Assembly (NCBI GenBank): GCA_016789175.1
Contig: JAEURK010000122.1
Coordinates: 718-64,717 of the forward strand
Length of the DNA: 64,000 bases
Source of the DNA: Anaerolineales bacterium
Lineage (GTDB): Bacteria; Chloroflexota; Anaerolineae; Anaerolineales; UBA6663
Direction of reading: 5' to 3'
Shown here: positions 55,194 through 63,966 of the stretch, in pieces
Numbering within the stretch: the first letter of the stretch is position 1
Layout: every line of letters begins with the position of its first letter
Position numbers and translations under genes: made by a program
Notes under the pieces: generated by a model
Told to the model about the DNA's origin: nothing
Seen by the model: the letters and a program-made list of their open reading frames with translations, nothing else
Databases searched by the model: none

Positions 55194-56177
55194 TTACCAG
55201 GCGTGGTGCACGGAGGGTCGTACCTGGGCGCTGTAGATCGCGTCGATGGCCTGCAGGGTCGGATCCGACAGCGGCGCCAGGTCGGCCGCCGCCACGTTTT
55301 CGTCGACCTGGGCCGGGCGTTTGGCGCCCGGGATCGCGCAGGTCACAGCCGGGAAGGCCAGGATCCAGCGCAAGGCCATTTGCGCCATCGACACGCCGGC
55401 CGGCACCAGGGGGCGCAGCGCCTCGACCGCCTTCAAACCAGTCTCGTAATCCAGGCCCGAGAACGTCTCGCCCTTGTCGAAGGCCGCGCCCTCGCGATTG
55501 AAGGCACGATGGTCGTCTGTGGCAAAGGCGGTGCTGCGCGTCATTTTTCCAGCGAGCATGCCCGACGACAGCGGCAGCCGCGCCAGGATCCCAACCCGCC
55601 GACGCTGCGCCTCGGCGAAAAACAGTTCGCGCGGGCGCTGGCGAAAGATATTGAAGATGATTTGCACCGACTGCACCCCAGGGTACTCGATCGCCTTGAG
55701 CGCCTCTTCCACGCGCTCGACGCTCACGCCATAGCTGCGGAGCTTGCCGGCCTGCACCAGGTCATCCAGGACGCCGAAGACTTCGGGGTGGTAATACACG
55801 TCGGTCGGCGGACAATGCAGTTGCACCAGGTCGAGCGCCTCGACCTCCAGGTTGCGCAGGCTGCGCTCGACGAAGGCCGTCAGGTTCTCACGGTTGTACC
55901 CCGCGGCGCTATGTGGGTTGAGGCGGCGGCCGGCCTTGGTGGCCACATAAAAGGATTCGCTGCGTTCGCGCCGCAGCCGGGCCAATAACCTTTCGCTTCG
56001 GCCGTCGCCGTACACGTCGGCGGTGTCGAAGAAGTTGACGCCGCGATCGAGCGCGCGATGCAGCGCGGCCAGCGACTCGGAGTCGTCCACCTCGCCCCAG
56101 GTGCCGCCGATGGCCCAGGCGCCGAAACTGATGGTCGAGACCCGATAGCCGGTACGGCCTAACTCACGATATTCCAT
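55194..56177 (-). CDS. aldo/keto reductase
   Basis: 327 aa. MEYRELGRTGYRVSTISFGAW, FFDTADVYGDGRSE, ...IPGAKR. Confidence 0.9.
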   Translation of the reverse strand: MEYRELGRTGYRVSTISFGAWAIGGTWGEVDDSESLAALHRALDRGVNFFDTADVYGDGRSERLLARLRRERSESFYVATKAGRRLNPHSAAGYNRENLTAFVERSLRNLEVEALDLVQLHCPPTDVYYHPEVFGVLDDLVQAGKLRSYGVSVERVEEALKAIEYPGVQSVQIIFNIFRQRPRELFFAEAQRRRVGILARLPLSSGMLAGKMTRSTAFATDDHRAFNREGAAFDKGETFSGLDYETGLKAVEALRPLVPAGVSMAQMALRWILAFPAVTCAIPGAKRPAQVDENVAAADLAPLSDPTLQAIDAIYSAQVRPSVHHAW

Positions 56178-56219
56178 AACACAACTCCAGTGATTGGGTG
56201 ATTAAGTGTAGCGACGCTG

Positions 56220-56999
56220 CTAGGGACGACGCGGCGGCCAGGGGACGAAAGCCGACGTGCGCGCGACGTACTCCGCGTAGCCGGGTCGCGTGCTCATGTT
56301 GCGCTCGGTCAGGGCAACGCCCGATACGCGCAGCAGCAGCCAGGTCATCGCCAGCGGCGCCGGAAACGTCGCGACGCCCCACGGCACCGCGCACGCGATG
56401 ACGAAGAAGCCCCACCACAGACAGGCGTTGCCAAAGTAGTTTGGATGGCGCGTGTAGCGCCAGAGCCCGTGATCCAGCACCCGGCCGCGATTGGCCGGGT
56501 CTGCCTTGAAGCGCGCCAACTGGGCGTCGCCGACGGCCTCAAAGCCGAAGCCGATCCCCCAAAGCACGGCGCCCAGAATATCCCAGAGCCCCAGCGGCGC
56601 GGTCTGTGTCATGGCCAGCACCAGCGGCGCCGAGATCAAGACGATCAGCGCGCCCTGCAGCAGAAAGACCTGGAAGTAACTGAACCACCAGTACCGCTCA
56701 CGGCCATAGTGCTCGCGAAAGGCCTGATAGCGCGGATCCTCACCGCGGCCGTAGTTGCGTGTAAAGATGTACAGGCCGAGCCGGCCGCCCCAGACCCAGA
56801 CCAGGGCCAGCACCAGCGCGATCCGCGCCGGATCGCCGCCGCCGACCAGGGCGTAGCCGGTCGCGGCCAGGGCGAAGCCCAATCCCCAAAACGAGTCAAC
56901 GATGCTGGCGTCGGTCAGCAGCACGCTGACCAGCCACAACAGCGTCACAGCGACCCAGACGATAGCCGCACCCACAAGCCAGGCAAAAAGCAGGTTCAC
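56220..56999 (-). CDS. DUF1295 / steroid 5-alpha-reductase-like membrane protein
   Basis: 259 aa. Polytopic. GLWRYTRHPNYFGN motif. Confidence 0.75.
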   Translation of the reverse strand: MNLLFAWLVGAAIVWVAVTLLWLVSVLLTDASIVDSFWGLGFALAATGYALVGGGDPARIALVLALVWVWGGRLGLYIFTRNYGRGEDPRYQAFREHYGRERYWWFSYFQVFLLQGALIVLISAPLVLAMTQTAPLGLWDILGAVLWGIGFGFEAVGDAQLARFKADPANRGRVLDHGLWRYTRHPNYFGNACLWWGFFVIACAVPWGVATFPAPLAMTWLLLRVSGVALTERNMSTRPGYAEYVARTSAFVPWPPRRP

Positions 57000-57029
57000 G
57001 TTTCCCCCCGTGGTTGACCGCGTCGCGAC

Positions 57030-57617
57030 TCAGCCGCGCAGTCCGTTGGACCAGCGCGCCAGGTTGCTGGGCGTGTGTGCGCGCATGCGCTCGAGCAACA
57101 GGCCCGGCTCGGGCGCGTCCATGACAAGCGCCCGGAAGGCCGGCGGGATGAACCCCTCGGCCAGGGCGTGATCGAACATCGCCAGGAGCGGGTCGAAATA
57201 ACCGGCATGGTTGAGCAGCGCGATCGGTTTGCTGTGCAGGCCAAGTTGCGCCCAGGTGATCATCTCGCACAACTCATCCAGCGTGCCATAGCCGCCCGGG
57301 AGCGCGACGATGCCATCGGCCAGCTCGGCCATCATGGCCTTGCGGTCGTGCATCGACTCGACCACCCGCAGCTCGGTCACGCCGGTGTGCCCGACCTCGC
57401 GCTCGAACAACCCGCGCGGGATGATGCCGATCACGCGGCCGCCCGCCGCCAGGGCCCCATCGGCGACCGCGCCCATCAGCCCGACCTTGCCGCCCCCGTA
57501 GATCACGTCAATGCGCTCCTCGGCCAGCAATTGCCCAAAGGCTCGCGCGGCCTGCATATAGCCGTCGCTCTTGCCACCCGACGCGCCGCAATACACGGCC
57601 ATGCTCTTCACGTCCAC
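57030..57617 (-). CDS. LOG-family nucleotide 5'-monophosphate nucleosidase (TIGR00730)
   Basis: 195 aa. VYCGAS, YGGGKVGLMG, ALPGGYGTLDE. Confidence 0.85.
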   Translation of the reverse strand: MDVKSMAVYCGASGGKSDGYMQAARAFGQLLAEERIDVIYGGGKVGLMGAVADGALAAGGRVIGIIPRGLFEREVGHTGVTELRVVESMHDRKAMMAELADGIVALPGGYGTLDELCEMITWAQLGLHSKPIALLNHAGYFDPLLAMFDHALAEGFIPPAFRALVMDAPEPGLLLERMRAHTPSNLARWSNGLRG

Positions 57618-57726
57618 CTTCGCTTTCTGTCAGGCCGCTTTTGGCCGACCGACCCCGAGATTGTAACCGTAGAGTTGAGAGCGTGTAGTGTGTGCTCCCC
57701 GCCCGAATCCGGTTACCATACGCCCC

Positions 57727-58353
57727 ATGCCCCGTCTGACGCGCGCCTTCTTTGATCGCCCCACGGTGGAGGTGGCCCGCGAGTTACTCGGAAAACGCCT
57801 GGTGCATGTCGTCGACGGCCGCCGGTTGGCCGGTCTGATCGCCGAGACCGAGGCCTATGTCGGGGAGGCCGATCGGGCCTGCCATGCCCGCGTTGGGCGG
57901 ACGGCGCGGACCGAGCGCCTGTTTGGGCCGCCCGGCCACGCCTACGTCTACCTGAACTACGGCCTGCACTGGATGATGAATGTCGTCTGCGAGCGCGACG
58001 GATTCGCGGCTGCGGTGTTAATCCGCGCGATCGTGCCCAGCGAGGGCCTGGCGCAGATCCGGGCCAATCGGGGCGGCAAACCGGATAAAATCCTGGCCGA
58101 TGGCCCCGGCAAGCTCTGCCAGGCCCTGGCCATCACCGGCGCCGACCATGGTCTGGACCTGTGCGCCCGCGGCGCGGCTCTGTTTTTTGAGTCTGCCCCG
58201 CCGGTCGAGGTCATCGCCACCCGACCGCGCGTCGGCATCGACTTCGCGCCCGAGCCCTGGCGCTCGATCGACTGGAACTTCATCTGGCCGGCCGCGGCGA
58301 CGCGCGCGGCCACCACCCCGACGAGCCCCCGCCCGTCGGACGAGGAGAGTTGA
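57727..58353 (+). CDS. mpg: DNA-3-methyladenine glycosylase (Mpg/AAG family)
   Basis: 208 aa. FFDRPTVEVARELLGKRL, ETEAY, GHAYVYLNYGLHWMMNVV, DGPGKLC. Confidence 0.85.
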   Translation: MPRLTRAFFDRPTVEVARELLGKRLVHVVDGRRLAGLIAETEAYVGEADRACHARVGRTARTERLFGPPGHAYVYLNYGLHWMMNVVCERDGFAAAVLIRAIVPSEGLAQIRANRGGKPDKILADGPGKLCQALAITGADHGLDLCARGAALFFESAPPVEVIATRPRVGIDFAPEPWRSIDWNFIWPAAATRAATTPTSPRPSDEES

Positions 58354-58354
58354 C

Positions 58355-59140
58355 ATGGGACTGCTGACCGGCAAGAAGGCCTTGATCTTCGGCGTGGCCA
58401 ACGACCATAGCATCGCCTGGGGCATCGCCCAGGCCCTGCACCGCGAGGGCGCGACCCTCGGCTTTAGCTACGCCGGTGAGAAGTTCGAACGCCGCGTCCG
58501 CCCGCTGGCCGAGTCGCTCGACAGCACCTTCATCGAGCCCTGCGACGTCTCCAAGGACGAGGAGATCGCTGCGATCGTTGAGAAGACCCGCGCCCAGTTC
58601 GGCGAGGTCGATATCCTCGTCCACTCGATCGCATTCGCCAACCGCGATGACCTGGCCGGGGCCTATCACACCGTCTCGCGCGCCAATTTCGCGTTAGCGA
58701 TGGACGTCAGCGTGTACTCGTTCACGGCCCTGGCCAACGCTTATCTGCCGCTGATGAAGCCCGGCGGGTCGATGCTGACCCTCACGTATCTGGGGTCGGT
58801 GCGCGCCGTGTCACACTATAACGTCATGGGGGTGGCCAAGGCCGCGCTCGAAGCCAGCGTGCGCTATCTGGCGATGGATTTCGGCACCCACGAGAAGCAC
58901 TTGCGCGTCAACGCCATCTCGGCCGGGCCGATCCGCACCCTGGCGGTCGCCGGCATCGCAGGCTCGCGCTCGCTGATCTCGGAGTTCGCCAAGCAGAGCA
59001 TGCTCGGCCGCAATATCACGATCGACGACGTCGGCAACGCCGCCGCCTACCTGGTCTCCGACCTGGCTGCGGGTGTAACCGGCGAGATCCACTACGTCGA
59101 TGCCGGCTTCAACGTCGTCGGCATGAACATCCAGGAATAG
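58355..59140 (+). CDS. fabI: enoyl-[acyl-carrier-protein] reductase (NADH) FabI
   Basis: 261 aa. GKKALIFGVANDHSIAWGIA, HSIAFA, YNVMGVAKAALE, SAGPIRT. Confidence 0.9.
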   Translation: MGLLTGKKALIFGVANDHSIAWGIAQALHREGATLGFSYAGEKFERRVRPLAESLDSTFIEPCDVSKDEEIAAIVEKTRAQFGEVDILVHSIAFANRDDLAGAYHTVSRANFALAMDVSVYSFTALANAYLPLMKPGGSMLTLTYLGSVRAVSHYNVMGVAKAALEASVRYLAMDFGTHEKHLRVNAISAGPIRTLAVAGIAGSRSLISEFAKQSMLGRNITIDDVGNAAAYLVSDLAAGVTGEIHYVDAGFNVVGMNIQE

Positions 59141-59141
59141 C

Positions 59142-59194
59142 GGAGGAGGGAGGAGGGAGGAGGGAACGATCATCCTCTTCCCTCTTCCTTCTTC
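59142..59194. terminator. polypurine/polypyrimidine heptamer hairpin between convergent fabI and the membrane-protein gene
   Basis: (GGAGGAG)x3+GGA at 59142-59166 and CCTCTTC CCTCTTC CTTCTTC at 59174-59194. These pair as ~15 bp, using G.U pairs on the plus-strand RNA. Same heptamer as at 34760. Confidence 0.5.
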
Positions 59195-59199
59195 ACACG

Positions 59200-60369
59200 C
59201 TACGCCTTCGCCGCCTCTTCCTCGCGTGGCAGAAGCCGGCGCAGGATCGAATTGAACCAGCGCAGCACCAGGCTCTGCTGGAATCCGCCGGCAAAGGCGA
59301 GCACGTAGAGCGACAGCACCGGATCCTGCACGCCCAGGATGAAGCCCGAACGCCCGATCAAGAAGACCGCGACGGCCAGCAACATCCCGACCGGCGCATA
59401 CAGCAGATACCAGTAGGCGTAGTCAGGATCGTAATCCTTCTCCTGGCTGGTGTGCTTGAACAGGTTGAACCCTGCGCCGACCAGGCCGCCAAAGCCGCCC
59501 GAGACGAGAGTCACCCACAGGACAACCGGGTCCATCATCTGCAGGCCTTCAAACAGCAAGACCCGGCGCGCGATCTCGGTGAACAGATCCGGCAGCGCCA
59601 CCGGGGCGGCTGCCAACGTCACCAGCACCGGGACGTGAGCGACCAGGTACCACCACAGGAAACGCGGCTGCTCCCAGATCTTGAGCCGGTCCCACCGCAG
59701 CACGCGGAAGCGCACCTCAGCGATCTCGCGCGCGGCTTCCTCATAGTGATCGCGCGCGTTGAGGAGCAGGTTGCGCGCGGTCTGCAAGCGTGTCAGCAGT
59801 TCGCGCGCCACGGCCAGGCTGATCCGCTGGCGCTCAACCAGAGCGCGTTCGAGCGAGCCGACTTCGTTCCACAGCCGCTGCAGATCCTGATCGGGGACGA
59901 GCAGGCGCGCCAGACGCACGCTGGCGGGCAGGTTGGGCGACTCGAGGGTCGGCGTTGCAGCCGTTTTGACGGGCTCAGGGGTCGTTTCGAGTCGATCGAC
60001 CAGCACCGGGCCCGCCAGCGCCGCCATGCCTTCCTTGGACGAGAGCGTCGCGGCGGCGTGGGTGGTCGGCCCGCCGTCTTCGACAGCCGACACCGTGGGC
60101 GCGATCACCACGGGCGCGCCGTCCGGCGGCGGCTCGAAGTGCGCGGTGCCGGGCGTGCGCGGATCACCGGCCGAGGTCCAGACCGGCAGACCGGGCGCGA
60201 CGTCGTCGTCGACCGGGGCCGCGTCGACACCGGCCGGGGTCTCCGCCGGATAGTTCGGGATCAAGTCAGTCGGTCGGGCCTCGGGATTGAAGGGATTGCC
60301 CGAGCGCGGCAACAGGATGTCGGAGCCGCGTCCACGAACCGAGCCGGGGTCGTTTTCAGTGCCTGCCAT
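59200..60369 (-). CDS. hypothetical membrane protein (disordered Pro-rich N-terminus, helical middle, ~4 C-terminal TM segments)
   Basis: 389 aa. The ATG at 60369 lies 14 nt inside the 3' end of the parA-like gene. No recognisable family. Confidence 0.5.
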   Translation of the reverse strand: MAGTENDPGSVRGRGSDILLPRSGNPFNPEARPTDLIPNYPAETPAGVDAAPVDDDVAPGLPVWTSAGDPRTPGTAHFEPPPDGAPVVIAPTVSAVEDGGPTTHAAATLSSKEGMAALAGPVLVDRLETTPEPVKTAATPTLESPNLPASVRLARLLVPDQDLQRLWNEVGSLERALVERQRISLAVARELLTRLQTARNLLLNARDHYEEAAREIAEVRFRVLRWDRLKIWEQPRFLWWYLVAHVPVLVTLAAAPVALPDLFTEIARRVLLFEGLQMMDPVVLWVTLVSGGFGGLVGAGFNLFKHTSQEKDYDPDYAYWYLLYAPVGMLLAVAVFLIGRSGFILGVQDPVLSLYVLAFAGGFQQSLVLRWFNSILRRLLPREEEAAKA

Positions 60370-61123
60370 TGCGAATTACCTCCGCGGCCAGCCGCTTGAA
60401 CGCACCGGCCGACTCGCTCTGTGGACGATAGGTCAGCACCGTTTGGTGCGCCGCCGGGGCCTGCGCCGCGGCGTCATCCTCCTCGATCACGGTCGACAAG
60501 AGCCGCGACGGGAAGGTCACGCGCAGCTCCTCCAGCACTTCATAGGCATGCTCGGAACCCGCTTTGTACAGGGTCGCCAGCACACCCAGGAGTTCGAGCT
60601 CCGGGTTCAAGCGGTCATGGATCCGGCCGACCGATTCCAGCAGGCCGCGCACGCCGCGCATGGCCAGGTACGTGCACTGCACCGGCACCAGCAGTTCGCG
60701 CGCGGCCACCAGGCCGTTGGCCGTCAGCAGCCCGAGGTTGGGCGGCGTGTCGATCAGAAAAAAGTCGGCGGCCACCCGCGAGCTCTCGATCGCGGCCCGC
60801 AGGCGAAACGCATGCTGGGTGTCCGCGCCGATCTCCACGTCCAGCAGGGCCAGATCGACCGAGGCGGGCACCAGCACCAGCCGGTCGTTAACCGTGCGCA
60901 GCACGCTGCCGAAGCTGACCCGTTCGCGTGTCAGAAGCGTATAGGCGGTGCGTGTCAGCGAATACGGGTCAAACCCGAGCCCGGCGGTGAGCGATCCCTG
61001 CGGATCCAGGTCGATCAGCACCACCCGTTGGCCCAGCTCCGCCAGGGCGGCGCCGAGATTCGCCACCGTGGTCGTCTTGCCTACGCCGCCCTTTTGATTG
61101 GCGACCACGATGACACGCCCCAC
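60356..61123 (-). CDS. ParA/Soj/MinD-family P-loop ATPase
   Basis: 255 aa. Deviant Walker A VVANQKGGVGKTT, LIDLDPQGS, FLIDTPP. GTG start with TGaTAGAAT 7 nt upstream. Confidence 0.85.
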   Translation of the reverse strand: MGRVIVVANQKGGVGKTTTVANLGAALAELGQRVVLIDLDPQGSLTAGLGFDPYSLTRTAYTLLTRERVSFGSVLRTVNDRLVLVPASVDLALLDVEIGADTQHAFRLRAAIESSRVAADFFLIDTPPNLGLLTANGLVAARELLVPVQCTYLAMRGVRGLLESVGRIHDRLNPELELLGVLATLYKAGSEHAYEVLEELRVTFPSRLLSTVIEEDDAAAQAPAAHQTVLTYRPQSESAGAFKRLAAEVIRNGRH

Positions 61124-61300
61124 ACGCGGGATTCTATCATTATGGCCCCTCCAGGGTAGTTGGCCTGGGTGGGCGCAAGCGGGGTCCTGAACTCCCCACC
61201 TGGCCCTGGCCCGAGCCAGCCCGGCCGGTCGTTGAGCTTATGCTCCAGTTTGCGAGGTAACGCTTCGCCGAAGCACATCCAGCGTCGCTGGGGTCGAGCG

Positions 61301-61630
61301 GTATCCTAGCAATCCGCGCCATCGGCGGCCGACCACGCCCGTGCCCACTCAAGAAACGTGTGCCTGCACGAGTTTTCAGTGGCCCTTATGCCGCGGATTA
61401 CGCGGATTTCGCGGATTAGAACAACGGGAGCCCTGCCGGCAATGGTCCCGCTTCTTCCGTGTCATCCGCGCAATCCGTGGCCAGAATCCGGGCCTGACAA
61501 CGTGCGATCCGGATCGCCAACAGGATCGCACGGTGTCAGGAGCCCCGGAACAGGCCGAACGGGCACACGGATGTTCACGGAAACACCTCGAACGGCTCGG
61601 TGCTATCCGTGAATATCCGTGTGATCCGGT
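61301..61630. repeat. iteron array with core ATCCG[C/T]G (candidate origin/centromere/operator)
   Basis: Nine exact copies on both strands (61312, 61464, 61473, 61605, 61615 on +; 61392, 61401, 61410, 61566 on -) plus at least six one-mismatch variants. Three perfect tandem 9-mers CGCGGATTW at 61392-61418. 9-10-bp phasing. Nested palindrome GCGATCCGGATCGC at 61504-61517. Confidence 0.8.
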
Positions 61631-61700
61631 ATAGGGTCCGCCGTCCGAAGCCGGTCCGCCAGCTGGATCAACTCGCCCGTGCACACCAGGAAACAAGTGT

Positions 61701-61730
61701 TTGACGAAGCGGGGAATGCTCTGGTACAAT
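61701..61730 (+). promoter_or_regulatory. sigma70-type promoter for rpmH
   Basis: TTGACG (61701-61706), 17+1 nt, TGgTACAAT (extended -10, hexamer 61725-61730). Lies about 45 nt before the rpmH ATG. Confidence 0.55.
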
Positions 61731-61775
61731 CGTTATTCGGTCTCGCACCAGTTTCTGATTGAGGTTTTTTGAGCA

Positions 61776-61991
61776 ATGCCTAAGCGAACGTTTCAGCCGC
61801 GAATCCGCCGGCGCATCAAGACGCATGGCTTCCGTTCCCGCATGGCCACCAAGGGTGGCCGCAAAGTGCTCAAGGCGCGCCGCGCCCGGGGCCGCTGGGA
61901 ACTGGCGCCCAAGATGAACAACCACCTCAAGCGAATCAACTGGAAGTCCAAGAAGGCGCCAGTTTCGCGCGAGTTCACGACCAAGAAGTAA
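61776..61991 (+). CDS. rpmH: 50S ribosomal protein L34 with ~25-aa C-terminal extension
   Basis: [40 protein letters not shown] matches the L34 consensus. The ORF continues to 71 aa. Confidence 0.85.
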   Translation: MPKRTFQPRIRRRIKTHGFRSRMATKGGRKVLKARRARGRWELAPKMNNHLKRINWKSKKAPVSREFTTKK

Positions 61992-62077
61992 TCGCGGTCG
62001 GTGACTGACCCGTGCCTCGGCCGGCCGGGCGCCGATGTGCACGCAACTCTGCGCGGCCTGGCGCAGCAGCGTGCACG

Positions 62078-62410
62078 ATGAACCGGTTACGAAGCGCAGT
62101 CGAAATCGAGCGGGTGCGGCGTGAAGGACGATCTTACGCCCACCCGCTCGTTGTTCTGATCACAGCCCCCGCCCTGCCCGAGCACGCCACAGGCAGCCGG
62201 GCCGCCGTCGTGGCGGGCCGCCGGATCGGGGGTGCCGTGATCCGCAACCGGGCCAAGCGCCTGCTCCGCGAGGCGTTGCGCCAGGAACAACTCAAACCGG
62301 GTTGGGATCTGATGTTGGTGGCTCGCGCCGCCATCGTCGGCGCCCGGCTCGTGCAGGTCAAGGCGGCGCTGCATCAACTGCTGCAGCGCTCCGAGCTAGC
62401 GATGTCGTGA
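62078..62410 (+). CDS. rnpA: ribonuclease P protein component
   Basis: 110 aa from ATG 62078. Basic; [19 protein letters not shown] (RNR motif). Confidence 0.8.
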   Translation: MNRLRSAVEIERVRREGRSYAHPLVVLITAPALPEHATGSRAAVVAGRRIGGAVIRNRAKRLLREALRQEQLKPGWDLMLVARAAIVGARLVQVKAALHQLLQRSELAMS

Positions 62411-62730
62411 TGCGAGCCGTCAAGCCGCCCAGTGAGGAACTCTTCGACGAAATCGTGGACCCGGCCAGTGGCCGCGTCGAAGAGCCGCGCTGGGTACCGG
62501 ATTGGCGCCTCAGCCGGATCCCGCAAACCCTCCTGCTCGGCCTCATCCGGCTGTATCAACTGACGCTCTCCCGTTTGCTTCCGGCGGCCTGCCGCTTCTA
62601 CCCCACCTGCTCCCGATACGGCTTCGAGGCGATCCGCCGCTACGGTATCGGGCGAGGTGGTCTCATGGCGGCCTGGCGCATCTTACGCTGCAATCCATTT
62701 ACGCCCGGCGGTTATGATCCGGTGCCCTGA
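62410..62730 (+). CDS. yidD: membrane protein insertion efficiency factor YidD (with N-terminal extension)
   Basis: [35 protein letters not shown]...RILRCNPF. The ATG shares 1 nt with the rnpA TGA. Confidence 0.85.
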   Translation: MRAVKPPSEELFDEIVDPASGRVEEPRWVPDWRLSRIPQTLLLGLIRLYQLTLSRLLPAACRFYPTCSRYGFEAIRRYGIGRGGLMAAWRILRCNPFTPGGYDPVP

Positions 62731-62778
62731 GCGTTGTTCGCGGCCTGCAAGGCCCGAGCGACAAGGTAAGATTGATCT

Positions 62779-63966
62779 ATGAGGCTTTCCTGGACCTATC
62801 TGGTGGCGCTTGGCGCGGTGGCGGTTGTGACAACCGGCTGCGGCGCCGCCCCCACCAACTCCTGGCTGGGGCTCGGCCTGGATGACGAGCATGCCTATCT
62901 CGCCGGCGGCACGCACATCTACGCCGTCAGCCTGACCGACGGCAAGGAGGCCTGGCGCTTCCCAAAGGCCGGCGCCACGGTGCGCTCCGGCGGCGAGACC
63001 TTCCTGGCCGATCCGGGCGTGAGCACCGACATGATCGTCGTCGGCTCATGGGGGCCGGGCACGTCCCACAGCGGCGCTGTGTACGGGCTCGACCCGGCCA
63101 CCGGCGACCAGAAGTGGTGCCTGGTCTTCGACGACAAGGCGGCGACTGAACCCGAGATGGCCAACTGCCAGAAATCGCCCGATGCCACGGCTTTCGTGCT
63201 CGGGGTCTTCCTGCCACCGATCGACAACCGCGTCGTGGGCGGGGTCACGCTACAGGATGGGGTCGCGTACTTCGGCATGGCCAACAACCATGTCTACGCG
63301 GTCGATGCGACCGACGGCACCGTCAAGTGGATCTTCGATCAGCCCACGCATCCGGTCTGGGCTGCCCCCGTGATCGACGGCGACCGCGTGCTGGTCAGTT
63401 CGTTCGACCACTCGGTCTACGCCATCGACCGCGCCACGGGCAACCTGGTCTGGCAGCAGGACATGGGCGCCGCGCTGGCGGGTGGCCCGGTCGTGGCGGA
63501 CGGGACGCTCTTCGTCGGCACGTTCGGCAATAAGCTGGTCGCGCTCGACTCGGCCTCCGGTGCCGAGCGCTGGTCGTACACCACCAACTACTGGGTTTGG
63601 GACACGCCGACCCTGGTCGATGGCGTGCTGTATTTCTCGGATCTGCAGGGCACGGTGTACGCCGTGACCGCCGCCGATGGGAGCGAGGTCTGGCGCCAGG
63701 CGGCCAGCGGCTTCACGCGCGCCGCGCCGGCCGTGACGAACGGCCTGGTGTATGTCGGCGATCATAACGGCAACCTGGTCGGGCTCAAGACAGCCGACGG
63801 CAGCGAAAGCTGGCGTCAAACGGTCAAGGGCCAGCTGCAGGCCACGCCGCGGATCGCGCCCGCCCAAGGGCTGGTGTTGATCCTGCCCTACCAGGGCGAC
63901 GCATCGGTGACGGCCTTCACTCTCGACGGCACGCGCGTTGCGTGGGCCTATCAGCCGACCCAGTAA
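62779..63966 (+). CDS. PQQ-like beta-propeller repeat lipoprotein (BamB/YfgL-like fold)
   Basis: 395 aa. Lipobox VVTTGC. Repeated ...YAVDA.TG...W... blades. Confidence 0.8.
   Translation: MRLSWTYLVALGAVAVVTTGCGAAPTNSWLGLGLDDEHAYLAGGTHIYAVSLTDGKEAWRFPKAGATVRSGGETFLADPGVSTDMIVVGSWGPGTSHSGAVYGLDPATGDQKWCLVFDDKAATEPEMANCQKSPDATAFVLGVFLPPIDNRVVGGVTLQDGVAYFGMANNHVYAVDATDGTVKWIFDQPTHPVWAAPVIDGDRVLVSSFDHSVYAIDRATGNLVWQQDMGAALAGGPVVADGTLFVGTFGNKLVALDSASGAERWSYTTNYWVWDTPTLVDGVLYFSDLQGTVYAVTAADGSEVWRQAASGFTRAAPAVTNGLVYVGDHNGNLVGLKTADGSESWRQTVKGQLQATPRIAPAQGLVLILPYQGDASVTAFTLDGTRVAWAYQPTQ

Noticed and set aside
61392-61418. Possible CRISPR-like or other tandem array (three 9-mers; also the heptamer arrays at 34760 and 59142).
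   Set aside because: The units are 7-9 nt with no spacers and there are no cas genes. They are iterons or microsatellites, not CRISPR.
61572-61585. parS-like sequence TGTTCACGGAAACA inside the iteron region.
   Set aside because: It is two nucleotides shorter than the 16-bp TGTTNCACGTGAAACA consensus and is not a true palindrome. It is better explained as two inverted iteron variants (CACGGAT / CACGGAA). No parB is in the window.
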